Below are positions 1 to 8,912 of a DNA stretch of 49,834 bases, in pieces (the first letter of the stretch is position 1; the number at the start of each line of letters is the position of its first letter). Position numbers and translations under genes: made by a program. The DNA comes from Vicinamibacterales bacterium (GTDB lineage Bacteria > Acidobacteriota > Vicinamibacteria > Vicinamibacterales > 2-12-FULL-66-21): the NCBI GenBank assembly GCA_051986585.1, contig JBPYFA010000297.1:1-49834 (forward strand), given 5' to 3'. A model generated the notes under the pieces. That model worked only from the letters and a program-made list of their open reading frames with translations. It was not told the DNA's origin and did not search any database.

Positions 1-215
1 GGGAGTCTCGAGTCACAACCAGGAACGAACCAAAAACAAGAACAAACTAAAAAAACAAGGACAAACTAAAAACCAAGAACGAACCCAAAACCAAGAACGA
101 ACCCAAAACCAAAAACGAACCCAAAACCAAAAACGAACCCAAAACCAAAAACGAACCCAAAACCAAGAACAACAAACCACAACCCATAACCTAAAACCAA
201 GAACCAAGAACTGAC
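1..215. repeat. A/C-rich low-complexity tandem array with an 18-nt unit CCAARAACGAACCCAAAA. Five contiguous copies lie at 73-162, with degenerate copies on both sides. Truncated by the window edge.
   Basis: Direct reading: 73-90 equals 91-108, and 109-126 equals 127-144 equals 145-162. The array lies immediately 3' of the stop (224-226) of the minus-strand gene. It uses the same AAAACC/GAACCC vocabulary as the right arm of 19375-19530. Confidence 0.9.
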
Positions 216-223
216 TGACCAGA

Positions 224-2608
224 CTATCTATACAGCAAATACTTCGCCCTCACCGCCCTCCACTTCGCCTCACCCGCCGCCCAGCCGCTGACCACGTCGA
301 GCGGATCGGCGCCACTGCGAATCTGAGCTAATCCTTCCTTCGATCCGAACAGCTTGTCGGCAGACTCCAGCTCGAACTTCGCGCCGTACATCTTGTTCAG
401 CATCGACGCAATCTCGACGCCGACGCGGACCGGCCGGACGGCGGCCCGATCGGTCACGATCATGTAGACGCCCCCGCATTCCTCGTTGGCAAACTTGCTC
501 GCTGTCGGCGTGAAACGCACCGGGTAGAAACGGATGCCGGGAATGCTGCGAGCGTTGAGCGCGTCCGACAATGCGACGCCGTCAATCCAGGGAGCGCCGA
601 CTTGTTCAAACGGCGTGTCGGTGCCGCGGCCGACCGAAATGTTGGTGCTCTCGATCGCGCCGATGCCCGGATAGAGCGTCGCCTGAGTCAGGTTCCGCAT
701 GTTCGGCGACGGGTTGATCCAGGGGAGGCCGGTGGCATCGAACCACTGCTCCCTTCGCCAGTTGCGAACGGGAATCACGGTCAGCTCCGCGCCAATCCTG
801 TTTTCGCCGTTGAAGAGTTTCGCCAGCTCTCCGAGCGTCATTCCGTGCCTGATCGGCATCGGGAAATACCCGACAAAGCTCAACGCCGCCTTGTCGAGGG
901 TTGGCCCCTCGATCTGATAACCGCCGATCGGATTTGGCCGATCGAGGATGACGACCGGCACCTTGCGCTTCGCGGCTTCCTCCAGGACGTACGCCGTCGT
1001 CGTCATGTAGGTGTAGAAACGGGTGCCGATGTCCTGGAGATCGATCACCATCGTATCGATGCCCTGGAACATCGCATCGTTTGGTCTTCGCGTGTCGCCG
1101 TAGAGCGACTGAATCGAGAGCCCGGTCTTTTCATCGGTGGCCGACGGCACGCTGGCATCGAGAATTCCGCGAATTCCGTGCTCGGGGCTGAACAGCCGGA
1201 CGAGCGTCAGCCCCTTGGCGCCATGCAACAGGTCGATCGTCGTCGCGCCATCGCGCGCGCGGCCCGTGTGATTGGTGAGGAGTCCGACTCGCTTGCCCTG
1301 CAGCGCGGCAAAGCTGTTCGCGCGAAGGACGTCGATGCCGCTGAGCACGGGACTGAACGGGGGCGGCGGAGGCGGTGTTCCCGAGGGACCGAAATCGCGG
1401 CCGGTCCAGGCCGATGACGTGCGCACGGCTGGCGAGACGTCCTCGATCGACGATGCCGCGATCGTCGCCACGCGGGCGCGGAGCGGCGTGACGTCGCCTT
1501 TCCCGTCAGGATGAACGCGGTTCGATAGAAACACCACGAACATGCTCGTAACCGGGTCGATCCAGAGCGACGTGCCGGTGAATCCCGTGTGGCCGAAGGA
1601 TCCGACCGGCAGCAGCTCGCCACGATTCGACGAATAGGCCGAGTCGATGTCCCAGCCAAGCCCGCGCACGCTCCGGTCCCACGGGCCGGTCGCGGGCGTC
1701 GTCATCTTCGCGACGGTCAGCGGAGAGAGTATGCGCGTGCCGCGGTAGGTGCCGCCATCGAGGAGCATGCGGCAGAAAATGGTCAAATCGGCAGCGGTGC
1801 TGAATAGACCGGCGTGGCCGGCCACGCCGCCCATCCGTCTTGCAGTTGGATCGTGTACCACTCCCCGGAGCATCGCCATCGCGGGACCTTCGCATGGCCA
1901 CCCAAGCGGCGTGCAGCTTTCGGTCGGAGCGATACGCGGTCGCAGGTTCGCGGGCGGAAGGAACATCGTGTCCTTCATCCCGAGAGGCGCGAAGATATGG
2001 TCGTGCGCAAACCGATCCAGCGGCTCGCCGCTCACGCGGCGCACGATGTCGCCCAACAGGAAGTAATTGATGTCGCTGTAGACGAAACGTTCACCAGGCG
2101 GGGAAGTCGGAACCTCTTCGATCGCCATGTTGATCGCCGTCTCCGAGCCGCTCCAGGCATCGGCCAGATCGAGGTCAGGCCGAAGGCCCGACATGTGCGT
2201 CATCAGATGACGGATCGTGATGTCGGCCTTGCCGTATCGCTCGAAACCGGGAATGAAGGTGGACACGCGATCCGATAGCCGGATCTTGCCCTCTTCCAGA
2301 AGGAGCATCACGCTGGTCGTCGTCGCAACCACCTTGGTCAGGGAGGCAAGATCGAAGATCGTGTCCTCGGTCATCGGCTCCACAGACGGAACCAGCGCGC
2401 GACTGCCAACCGCCCTTTGATACAGGATCCGATCGCCCCTACCGACCACGACGACTGCGCCTGGCAGCTTCTTTTCGCCAATCGCCTGCCGCACGAGCGG
2501 CTCGATGGCTTCCAGTTTCTTCTGCTGATCGGCCTGAGGCGCGGCAAAGGGAATTGAGGATGGTGCTGCCGCCAGCACCAAGAGGATGGCAACGACGAAC
2601 TGTTTCAT
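224..2608 (-). CDS. Secreted fusion protein: N-terminal serine hydrolase (class C beta-lactamase/PBP-like) plus C-terminal DUF1343 (NamZ-type exo-beta-N-acetylmuramidase family)
   Basis: 794-aa ORF with a signal peptide (MKQFVVAILLVLAAAPSS). SxxK motif in DLASLTKVV. A poly-Pro linker (GTPPPPPPFSP) precedes a DUF1343-like stretch (GIDVLRANSFAALQGKRVGLLTNHTG...). Confidence 0.85.
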   Translation of the reverse strand: MKQFVVAILLVLAAAPSSIPFAAPQADQQKKLEAIEPLVRQAIGEKKLPGAVVVVGRGDRILYQRAVGSRALVPSVEPMTEDTIFDLASLTKVVATTTSVMLLLEEGKIRLSDRVSTFIPGFERYGKADITIRHLMTHMSGLRPDLDLADAWSGSETAINMAIEEVPTSPPGERFVYSDINYFLLGDIVRRVSGEPLDRFAHDHIFAPLGMKDTMFLPPANLRPRIAPTESCTPLGWPCEGPAMAMLRGVVHDPTARRMGGVAGHAGLFSTAADLTIFCRMLLDGGTYRGTRILSPLTVAKMTTPATGPWDRSVRGLGWDIDSAYSSNRGELLPVGSFGHTGFTGTSLWIDPVTSMFVVFLSNRVHPDGKGDVTPLRARVATIAASSIEDVSPAVRTSSAWTGRDFGPSGTPPPPPPFSPVLSGIDVLRANSFAALQGKRVGLLTNHTGRARDGATTIDLLHGAKGLTLVRLFSPEHGIRGILDASVPSATDEKTGLSIQSLYGDTRRPNDAMFQGIDTMVIDLQDIGTRFYTYMTTTAYVLEEAAKRKVPVVILDRPNPIGGYQIEGPTLDKAALSFVGYFPMPIRHGMTLGELAKLFNGENRIGAELTVIPVRNWRREQWFDATGLPWINPSPNMRNLTQATLYPGIGAIESTNISVGRGTDTPFEQVGAPWIDGVALSDALNARSIPGIRFYPVRFTPTASKFANEECGGVYMIVTDRAAVRPVRVGVEIASMLNKMYGAKFELESADKLFGSKEGLAQIRSGADPLDVVSGWAAGEAKWRAVRAKYLLYR

Positions 2609-2614
2609 GCAGGG

Positions 2615-2620
2615 ATTATA
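2615..2620 (-). promoter_or_regulatory. Candidate -10 box (TATAAT on the minus strand) exactly 6 nt upstream of ATG 2608; possible leaderless promoter
   Basis: The minus strand reads TTTTATAATCCCTGCATG. No Shine-Dalgarno can fit, and the -35 is not recognisable. Confidence 0.4.
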
Positions 2621-2746
2621 AAAGGGAAAGGCCGCGGCCCGAGCGGGGCGACGAATGAAGCCCGCGTACGTAGCGCGGCCAGGCGAGAACGCGTGGGGGT
2701 GGACGCCACGCGCACTGACAAATGCTGGCAGGAACGTCGAAAACGT

Positions 2747-4555
2747 TCAGTGCAGGGTCGTAATCGCCTGCATCCGCTGGTCGGTAGCCTGCAGGAAGAA
2801 TCCTTCCCAGGCGCGCCGGATGTTGTCGACCTTCGCGACGTCGATTGATGCAGGGGTCTTGCCGGCCGAGACGACGAACAGGAACGCCTGTCGATGCACG
2901 CGGGCGGAGTCGGCGGCCGATGGTGTACGTGGACCCAGAATGGCAATGACGTCCTGGATGAGCACGTCCCTCCGAGTCCCATTGAAGGTCACGCCGACTT
3001 CCGGGGCGGAGACGTCGGTTCGATTCACCGACATGTTGGTCGGGCTTTCGACGTAGAAGAACGGCGGCACCTGCGCGTCAGTGACGAGCCCCATCGCGTA
3101 CTGGTCGAGCAGGCTGTAGCGCTGCACCGCCCCGACGGTCTTGAACGAGCCGCCACCGAGATCCTGGATGTCGTTGCCCTCCATCACCGACGCGTCGGAA
3201 TCAAAGAAGAAACTCCAGTGCGCGAGATCGCGCCCGAGAAGCGCCTGCGACCGCTGGCCGTTGTGATCGCGAAATTCCAGAAATGCCAGCCAGCGGTGGC
3301 CGCACTCCTGACCCATCACGCTGAGCGTGTTGTTCTCGCCGAGAAACTTCTGCGTCGGATTGTCGGGATACTTCCCCAGCCAGTCCATGACGACGACGCT
3401 CCGCAGCCGGCCGCTGCTGCCGAAATCAGATGTCAGGTCGTAGGTGTCGACGCCGATTCCCCGGATTTCGTTCTTGACCGTCGTTTCATACGCAAACGCG
3501 TCGGTGATGACCGGCGCGTCGGTCCAGAGAACCAGCTGATCGTAGTTGTCCGGATGCGAGGCGTAGAACTTTTCGGTCAGCGCGACCACGTCGAGCTGCG
3601 CGTTCTGCGCAAAGCGCTCGCCCACGGCGCCGTTGCCGCCATCGGTCGGGCCGGCGTCGCTCAAGTTCACTGGCTTGAAGATCCCGGTCCGGCCGGGCGA
3701 GAGGCCGACAATCGCATCGCCGACGTTGATCGTCGCGCCATAAATCATCTCGATGTTGCCGTTGGGAAGCAGCGATGCCTGCAGCGTCACGGTCCGGGTC
3801 GTATCGAACCCGCGCACGTTGCACCAGGTGACGGTGAACTGATCGGACGCCGCATTCAGGTAAATGCGGCCGCTGCCGGTGGTGGGATCGAGATCCGAAA
3901 GGAACGGCGCAACCCGCGGCGGGCCGGTGAGCAGTCGCGCAACGTTGCGCTCGGTGCTCGACTTGTCCGCCTCTTCGAACGTGATGTTGCCGTCGGAGTT
4001 GACGAACGCGGTCGGCTGGGGCTTGCCATAGAAGGAGAACGAGAACGGCACCGCGCTCGACGCGCTGTCGTCGTCGCCAAGCGTCAGGCGCGTGCCCAGA
4101 GTGGCTTTGAAATTACCGTCGATCTTCGTCACGTTGTAGCCGCCCGACCCGTTGCGGGTGAAGCGTAAGCCGACGCTCCGAAGGTCGTAGCTGTTCGGCG
4201 GAAGGATCAGGTCCCCCTCGTCCTGAACGATGGCAATGTCGCCGACGTCGGCGTTGCTGCGCCGGGTCAACGTACGGCGTTCGTTAGGCGTGCGCCCGTT
4301 GCGCTCTGCGTACTCACGATGCGTCCAGAGCGCATCGAGAACCCGCCAGCGCGTGCTGCCGTCGACGACGTTGGTTTTGAGCGCCCTGGCCGCGGCCTGC
4401 TCCTCGGGCGACAACTCGATCTGATCGGCTTCGTCAGCCGCGGTGGTGCAAGGGTTGGTCGAGGTGGTGGGTGGAGGATTCGAGGAGGAGGAACTGCTGG
4501 ATCCGCACGCGGATGCCAGCAGCCCCAGGATTATGGCCGTGACGAGACGCTTCAC
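2747..4555 (-). CDS. Hypothetical secreted lipoprotein, 602 aa, unknown function
   Basis: Lipobox LLASAC followed by a Ser/Pro/Thr-rich linker. Coherent long ORF 7 nt downstream of the preceding gene. Contains QECGHRW, a zincin-like motif lacking the first His. Confidence 0.75.
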   Translation of the reverse strand: MKRLVTAIILGLLASACGSSSSSSSNPPPTTSTNPCTTAADEADQIELSPEEQAAARALKTNVVDGSTRWRVLDALWTHREYAERNGRTPNERRTLTRRSNADVGDIAIVQDEGDLILPPNSYDLRSVGLRFTRNGSGGYNVTKIDGNFKATLGTRLTLGDDDSASSAVPFSFSFYGKPQPTAFVNSDGNITFEEADKSSTERNVARLLTGPPRVAPFLSDLDPTTGSGRIYLNAASDQFTVTWCNVRGFDTTRTVTLQASLLPNGNIEMIYGATINVGDAIVGLSPGRTGIFKPVNLSDAGPTDGGNGAVGERFAQNAQLDVVALTEKFYASHPDNYDQLVLWTDAPVITDAFAYETTVKNEIRGIGVDTYDLTSDFGSSGRLRSVVVMDWLGKYPDNPTQKFLGENNTLSVMGQECGHRWLAFLEFRDHNGQRSQALLGRDLAHWSFFFDSDASVMEGNDIQDLGGGSFKTVGAVQRYSLLDQYAMGLVTDAQVPPFFYVESPTNMSVNRTDVSAPEVGVTFNGTRRDVLIQDVIAILGPRTPSAADSARVHRQAFLFVVSAGKTPASIDVAKVDNIRRAWEGFFLQATDQRMQAITTLH

Positions 4556-4562
4556 GGCCGTG

Positions 4563-5504
4563 CTACTTCTTGATCTGGTCCAGAATCTTCTTCGCGTCTT
4601 CCGCTTCCTTCGCGTTGGGTGCCAGCGAGACGAACTTCTCGAGGTCGGCCTTCGCTTCCGGGAGCTTGTCGGAAGCGACGTAGGCGCGACCGCGGTAGTA
4701 ATACAGCTCGTTGGTCGTGGGGAACTGGGCGATCAGCTTGGTCAGCAGGTCGACGGCTTCAGGACCTTTTTTATCGTTGATCAGGTTGATCGCTTGGTTG
4801 ATGTAGGTGTACGGGTCCTTCACGTCCTTCATGTCGATGCCATCGAGGATCGCCTTCGCACCCGCCTTGTCGCCGCTTTCCATCAGCAGTTCTGCCTGAA
4901 ACAGCTTCAGGTCGACGTTATTCGGTTCTTTGTCGAGATTGACCTTGAGGTGCTGCATCGCGGCGGGGACGTTGTTTTCAGCCGCGTAGGTGCGCGCGAT
5001 GAATCCTTCGAGCTGGTAAATGTTCGGATACTTCGCCAGCAGGTCTTCGTAGATCTTGCGCGCCTCCGGAATCTTGCCGGCCTGCGCGAGGCCGGCTGCA
5101 GTCTGCAGCTGCGCGTTGATGTCCACCATCGGGTCGGCCTTAGCCCCGGCTGCGCCCGCCTTCATCGTGACATTCAGGGGCGGCGCCTTGTCACCCTTGA
5201 CTTCGACCGTCTCGGTCGCCGTCTGAAGACCTTCCTTGGAAATCTCGACCTTCCATTCGCCGTTGGCGGCACCGTTGATGTGCCACTCGCCCTTCTTGTC
5301 GGTCTTCCCTGACAAGCTGTCGCCCTGTCCGGCCATCGTCGCCGTGACGAGGACGTTTTCGATCGGCTTACCCTGCTCGTCGACAACCTTACCGCCCAGC
5401 CGCGCGTTCCCGTGCGTCTGCGCGATCACCGGGGACGCCAGCCACGCTGCCGCGACGAACGCGATGGCCGTGCGGATGGGAATCGCTATGCGAAGTGCCT
5501 TCAT
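4563..5504 (-). CDS. Secreted TPR-repeat protein with an N-terminal carboxypeptidase-regulatory-like (CarboxypepD_reg) domain
   Basis: An internal ATG at 5504 is preceded by GGAGAG and gives the signal peptide MKALRIAIPIRTAIAFVAAAWLASPVIAQ. GKVVDEQGKPIENVLVTA is a beta-sandwich-type segment. The C-terminal half has TPR-like repeats. Confidence 0.8.
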   Translation of the reverse strand: MKALRIAIPIRTAIAFVAAAWLASPVIAQTHGNARLGGKVVDEQGKPIENVLVTATMAGQGDSLSGKTDKKGEWHINGAANGEWKVEISKEGLQTATETVEVKGDKAPPLNVTMKAGAAGAKADPMVDINAQLQTAAGLAQAGKIPEARKIYEDLLAKYPNIYQLEGFIARTYAAENNVPAAMQHLKVNLDKEPNNVDLKLFQAELLMESGDKAGAKAILDGIDMKDVKDPYTYINQAINLINDKKGPEAVDLLTKLIAQFPTTNELYYYRGRAYVASDKLPEAKADLEKFVSLAPNAKEAEDAKKILDQIKK

Positions 5505-5656
5505 GATCTCTCCTTGACTCCGGCCCCTCGTCGCGCGCGTCGAGAAGCCCATGCGTACAGCGCCGGTCTTCAATCAGACTCCGACTTTGGAGTGTAGCGC
5601 AAGCGGGACGCACGCCACCACCGGCGCGGACCTGGGGATCGCGTCTGAGGTTGGAT

Positions 5657-5932
5657 CTATTTGGCGAAACGGTCGAAGATGTCGACGAGCTCGGCCAATC
5701 GTCGCGTCTTCTCCGGATCGCCTTGGACGATGCCGTCGGGCACGCACCGTTCGACGTGGAATTTGAAAACCGCCAGGCTGATCCGGTTCAGTGCGGCCTC
5801 GGCCGCCGACAGCTGTTGCAGAAGTTCGACGCAGAGCCGCGGCTCCTGAACCATCCGGCGAATGCCACGGATCTGGCCTTCCACCCGGTTCAACCGCGTC
5901 ACGAGGGACTGCTGCTGGGTTTCGTCGAGCAT
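5657..5932 (-). CDS. csoR: CsoR/RcnR/FrmR-family metal-sensing transcriptional repressor with the C-H-C (CsoR-type) ligand pattern
   Basis: MLDETQQQSLVTRLNRVEGQIRGIRRMV...C...H...C (PRLCVELL, KFHVERC). The longer N-terminal extension in the ORF track lacks family similarity. Confidence 0.85.
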   Translation of the reverse strand: MLDETQQQSLVTRLNRVEGQIRGIRRMVQEPRLCVELLQQLSAAEAALNRISLAVFKFHVERCVPDGIVQGDPEKTRRLAELVDIFDRFAK

Positions 5933-6097
5933 ACGACCTGTATACTCCGGCTCGGCTCGAGTGGCGGCTGCTTTCTCGCGAGCGCTGCCGCAAAGCCGAA
6001 GAATTTTCTGTGACACCGGGCAAATACGCCTCATCGTCGAGCGCGACGGGGCGGAATGGAGGCCGGCTTCGTGTCTGCGATGTCGTCGATGACGGAA

Positions 6098-6126
6098 TTG
6101 ACAATCGATCACGAATGAATGAACAT
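6098..6126 (+). promoter_or_regulatory. Candidate promoter: -35 TTGACA (6098-6103), 17-nt spacer, -10-like GAACAT (6121-6126), then 6 nt to ATG 6133
   Basis: Read directly. The geometry matches the other -10-N6-start cases in this window. Confidence 0.4.
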
Positions 6127-6134
6127 TCATTCAT
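6115..6134. promoter_or_regulatory. Perfect 9+9 inverted repeat ATGAATGAA-CA-TTCATTCAT; candidate TetR (FadR/YsiA-like) operator
   Basis: Palindrome verified base by base. It overlaps both candidate start codons (6115, 6133) and the -10-like element of the TetR gene that heads the beta-oxidation operon. Confidence 0.6.
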
Positions 6135-6750
6135 GAGCAATTCGCGGCGGGCTCCGGCGCTCGCCGATCGCATCGACAAAGCCGACAAGCGCGATGCGAT
6201 CCTGCGCGCGGCGATCGAGACGTTCGCGGCGCGCGGCTTCTTCAACGCCCAGGTCGCCGATGTCGCGCGCTGCGCCGGTGTCGCCGCTGGCACCGTCTAC
6301 TTGTACTTCCGGGGGAAAGACGATCTTCTGATTTCGATCTTCGAACGCACGATGACCGACGCGATCGCCGCTGGACGTGAGAGCGTCGCCCGGCGGACCG
6401 GCGCGGCCGAGCGCCTGCGCGAGATTGCACGGATGCATTTCGAGCGGCTCGGACGGGATCGCGATCTCGCCGTCGTCTTCCAGGTCGAGCTGCGGCAATC
6501 GACGAAATTCATGGAGCGCTTCTCGGCCACCTACCTGCGCCAGTACCTGGGCATCATTCGCGATGTGATTGCCGAAGGACAGGCTGACGGAACGTTTCGC
6601 GCTGACGTCAGCCCGACGCTGGCGGCCAAGATGTTCTTTGGCGTACTCGACGAGATGGCGACGAACTGGATCCTGAGCCGGAGAAACTACTCGCTGGTCG
6701 CGCAAACTGCCGATGTGGTGAGTCTTTTTGTGGGCGGGCTGGAACGATGA
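6115..6750 (+). CDS. TetR-family transcriptional regulator, probably the fatty-acid degradation regulator (FadR/YsiA-like). The start may instead be ATG 6133.
   Basis: TetR HTH (ILRAAIETFAARGFFNAQVADVARCAGVAAGTVYLYF). The stop overlaps the start of the next gene (ATGATG...TGA at 6747-6750). Confidence 0.85.
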   Translation: MNEHSFMSNSRRAPALADRIDKADKRDAILRAAIETFAARGFFNAQVADVARCAGVAAGTVYLYFRGKDDLLISIFERTMTDAIAAGRESVARRTGAAERLREIARMHFERLGRDRDLAVVFQVELRQSTKFMERFSATYLRQYLGIIRDVIAEGQADGTFRADVSPTLAAKMFFGVLDEMATNWILSRRNYSLVAQTADVVSLFVGGLER

Positions 6751-8909
6751 TGCGGCACGTTCGCGAGGTCGCGGTGCTGGGCGCCGGAACGATGGGAGCG
6801 CAGATTGCGGCGCATTTCGCCAACGCCGGCATTCCGGCGCTGCTCCTCGACGTGACCAGGGACGCCGCGCGGGAAGGACTCGAACGCGCCCGTGCCCTCA
6901 AGCCCGACCCGTTCTTCACGCCGTCCACACATACGCTGATACGAACCGGCGGATTCGACGAGGATCTCAAGAACGTTTCCAGGTGCGACTGGATCCTCGA
7001 AGCCATCGTCGAGCGGCTCGACATCAAACAGCAGCTGTTCGAACGGCTCGAGTCGCATCGACGCGCTGATGCGATTGTCAGCTCCAACACTTCGGGAATC
7101 CCGATAGCAGCGCTGGCTGAGGGGCGATCGGCCGGGTTCCAGAGTCATTTTCTCGGCACCCACTTCTTCAACCCGCCACGATACCTGCGCCTCCTCGAAG
7201 TGATACCGACGTCGAAGACCGATCCTGCGGTCCTCGCCGCTGTGACCGCATTCGCGGATCGCCGGCTCGGCAAAGGCGTGGTGATTGCCAAGGACACACC
7301 GAACTTCATCGCCAACCATCTCGGACTGTTCGGCGTGATGCAGGTGTTTCGCGCACTCGCGACCGGGGACTACACGATCGAAGAAATCGACGCGATTACG
7401 GGGCCGGCAATTGGCAGGCCGAAGAGTGCGACGTTCAGGACCATGGACATAGCCGGCATCGACGTGCTGGCACACGTCTCTCGCAATCTCGCCGAGCGGT
7501 TGGAGACCGAATCCGATCGACAGCTCTTCGAGTTGCCGCCGCTCGTCTCCGACATGGTCAAACGCGGGTGGGTCGGAGCCAAAGCCGGTCAAGGCTTCTA
7601 CAAGAAGGCACCGGACGGTGAAATCCTGACACTCGATCCGAAGACGATGGAGTACCGCCCGAAACAGCCGCCGCGCTTGCCCTCACTCGACGCGGCGCGA
7701 ACCATCGAAGACGTCGGCGACCGCATCCGGACGCTCGTGAATGGCAACGATAAAGCCGGCCACTTTCTTCGCGCGACGTTGATACCAACGATCGAGTACG
7801 CGGAGCGGATTGCGCCGCAGATCGCGCACGATCGGGCCGACATCGACAACGCGATGCGGTGGGGATTCGGGTGGGAACTGGGTCCGTTCGAAACACTAGC
7901 GCAACTCGGACGCGGGTCCGCGAGCCTCGTTTCAAAGGCGCCAAAGAAGGTCGTGAAGAAGAACGCCGGCGCCAGCCTTGTCGATCTCGGCGACGGTGTG
8001 CTCTCGGTCGAGTTCCACTCGAAAATGAACGCGATCGGAGGCGACACGATCCAGATGCTTCAGGCTGGTGTGAAGGAAGCCTCGGCGAATTACCGTGCGC
8101 TGGTGGTTGCCAACGACGCGGTGAACTTCTCCGCCGGCGCCAACTTGATGCTCCTGCTGCTCGAGGCGCAGGAGGGCAACTGGGACGAGGTCGACATGAT
8201 GGTGCGCGCGTTCCAGGGAGCGACGATGGGGCTGAAGTATGCGGATGTGCCTGTGGTCGTCGCCCCGGCCGGTCTCACGCTTGGCGGTGGATGCGAGATT
8301 GCTCTTCATGCCGATCGCGTGCACGCCGCTGCCGAGGCGTACATCGGACTGGTCGAAGTTGGCGTCGGCCTGATTCCCGCGGGCGGCGGAACGAAGGAAA
8401 TGCTGGCCCGCGCGATGGACGATCTGCCGCGCGCGGCCGATCCGCTGCCGGCGGTCCAGCGCGTGTTCGAGACGATCGGTTTTGCGAAAGTCTCAACCAG
8501 TGGCCCGGACGCGAAACGACTGGGCTATCTGCGCGACGCGGATGGCATGTCCATGAACCGCGATCGGCTGCAGGAAGACGCCAAGGCCGCTGCGCTGGCC
8601 CGTGTTCCTGAGTACGTCCGGCCGCAGCCTCGGACCGCGATTCGCGTCGGCGGCAGTGGCCTGCTGGCCACGTTGAAGCTCGGTATCCACCTGGCGTGGC
8701 GTGGCGGACGAATCAGCGATCACGACGCGATTATCGGCCGGAAGCTGGCGTGGGTTCTCGCCGGCGGCAACGCGCCGCATGCGACCGCGGTGACCGAACA
8801 GCAACTGCTCGATCTCGAGCGTGAAGCGTTCCTGAGCCTGTGTGGTGAGCGCAAAACGCAGGAACGGATCGCGCACACATTGAAAACCGGAAAGCCATTG
8901 AGGAACTAG
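6747..8909 (+). CDS. Bifunctional 3-hydroxyacyl-CoA dehydrogenase / enoyl-CoA hydratase (FadN-type architecture)
   Basis: 720 aa. N-terminal Rossmann motif VLGAGTMGAQIA plus a 3HCDH region. C-terminal crotonase-like region (ANDAVNFSAGANL...GGGCEIAL). Confidence 0.9.
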   Translation: MMRHVREVAVLGAGTMGAQIAAHFANAGIPALLLDVTRDAAREGLERARALKPDPFFTPSTHTLIRTGGFDEDLKNVSRCDWILEAIVERLDIKQQLFERLESHRRADAIVSSNTSGIPIAALAEGRSAGFQSHFLGTHFFNPPRYLRLLEVIPTSKTDPAVLAAVTAFADRRLGKGVVIAKDTPNFIANHLGLFGVMQVFRALATGDYTIEEIDAITGPAIGRPKSATFRTMDIAGIDVLAHVSRNLAERLETESDRQLFELPPLVSDMVKRGWVGAKAGQGFYKKAPDGEILTLDPKTMEYRPKQPPRLPSLDAARTIEDVGDRIRTLVNGNDKAGHFLRATLIPTIEYAERIAPQIAHDRADIDNAMRWGFGWELGPFETLAQLGRGSASLVSKAPKKVVKKNAGASLVDLGDGVLSVEFHSKMNAIGGDTIQMLQAGVKEASANYRALVVANDAVNFSAGANLMLLLLEAQEGNWDEVDMMVRAFQGATMGLKYADVPVVVAPAGLTLGGGCEIALHADRVHAAAEAYIGLVEVGVGLIPAGGGTKEMLARAMDDLPRAADPLPAVQRVFETIGFAKVSTSGPDAKRLGYLRDADGMSMNRDRLQEDAKAAALARVPEYVRPQPRTAIRVGGSGLLATLKLGIHLAWRGGRISDHDAIIGRKLAWVLAGGNAPHATAVTEQQLLDLEREAFLSLCGERKTQERIAHTLKTGKPLRN

Positions 8910-8912
8910 CCG

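Noticed and set aside
73-162. CRISPR array interpretation of the tandem repeats, also considered at 33042-33121 and 25646-25691
   Set aside because: The units are contiguous with no unique spacers of 25-40 nt, the units are only 18-23 nt, and no cas genes are present.
13-207. ORFs in the track that lie inside the low-complexity elements: 13..207, 19352..19546, 25548..25769, 25597..25791, 25583..26143, 32916..33149, 47571..47954, 49106..49396, and the 5' extensions of 33124..34443 and 48363..49142
   Set aside because: Their translations are periodic low-complexity peptides (WFWVRF..., IRDSGSAI..., NRQSQSAI...) that simply mirror the DNA repeat. They exist on both strands and have no start context.
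2894-4168. Long antisense or alternative-frame ORFs: 2894..4168, 602..1417, 8493..9266, 11028..12161, 20278..21033, 20961..21797, 30653..31657, 34298..35581, 39208..40287
   Set aside because: Each lies opposite or out of frame to a gene with clear family motifs. They are Arg/Ala/Gly/Pro-rich, as expected for stop-poor frames in GC-rich DNA, and carry no recognisable motifs.
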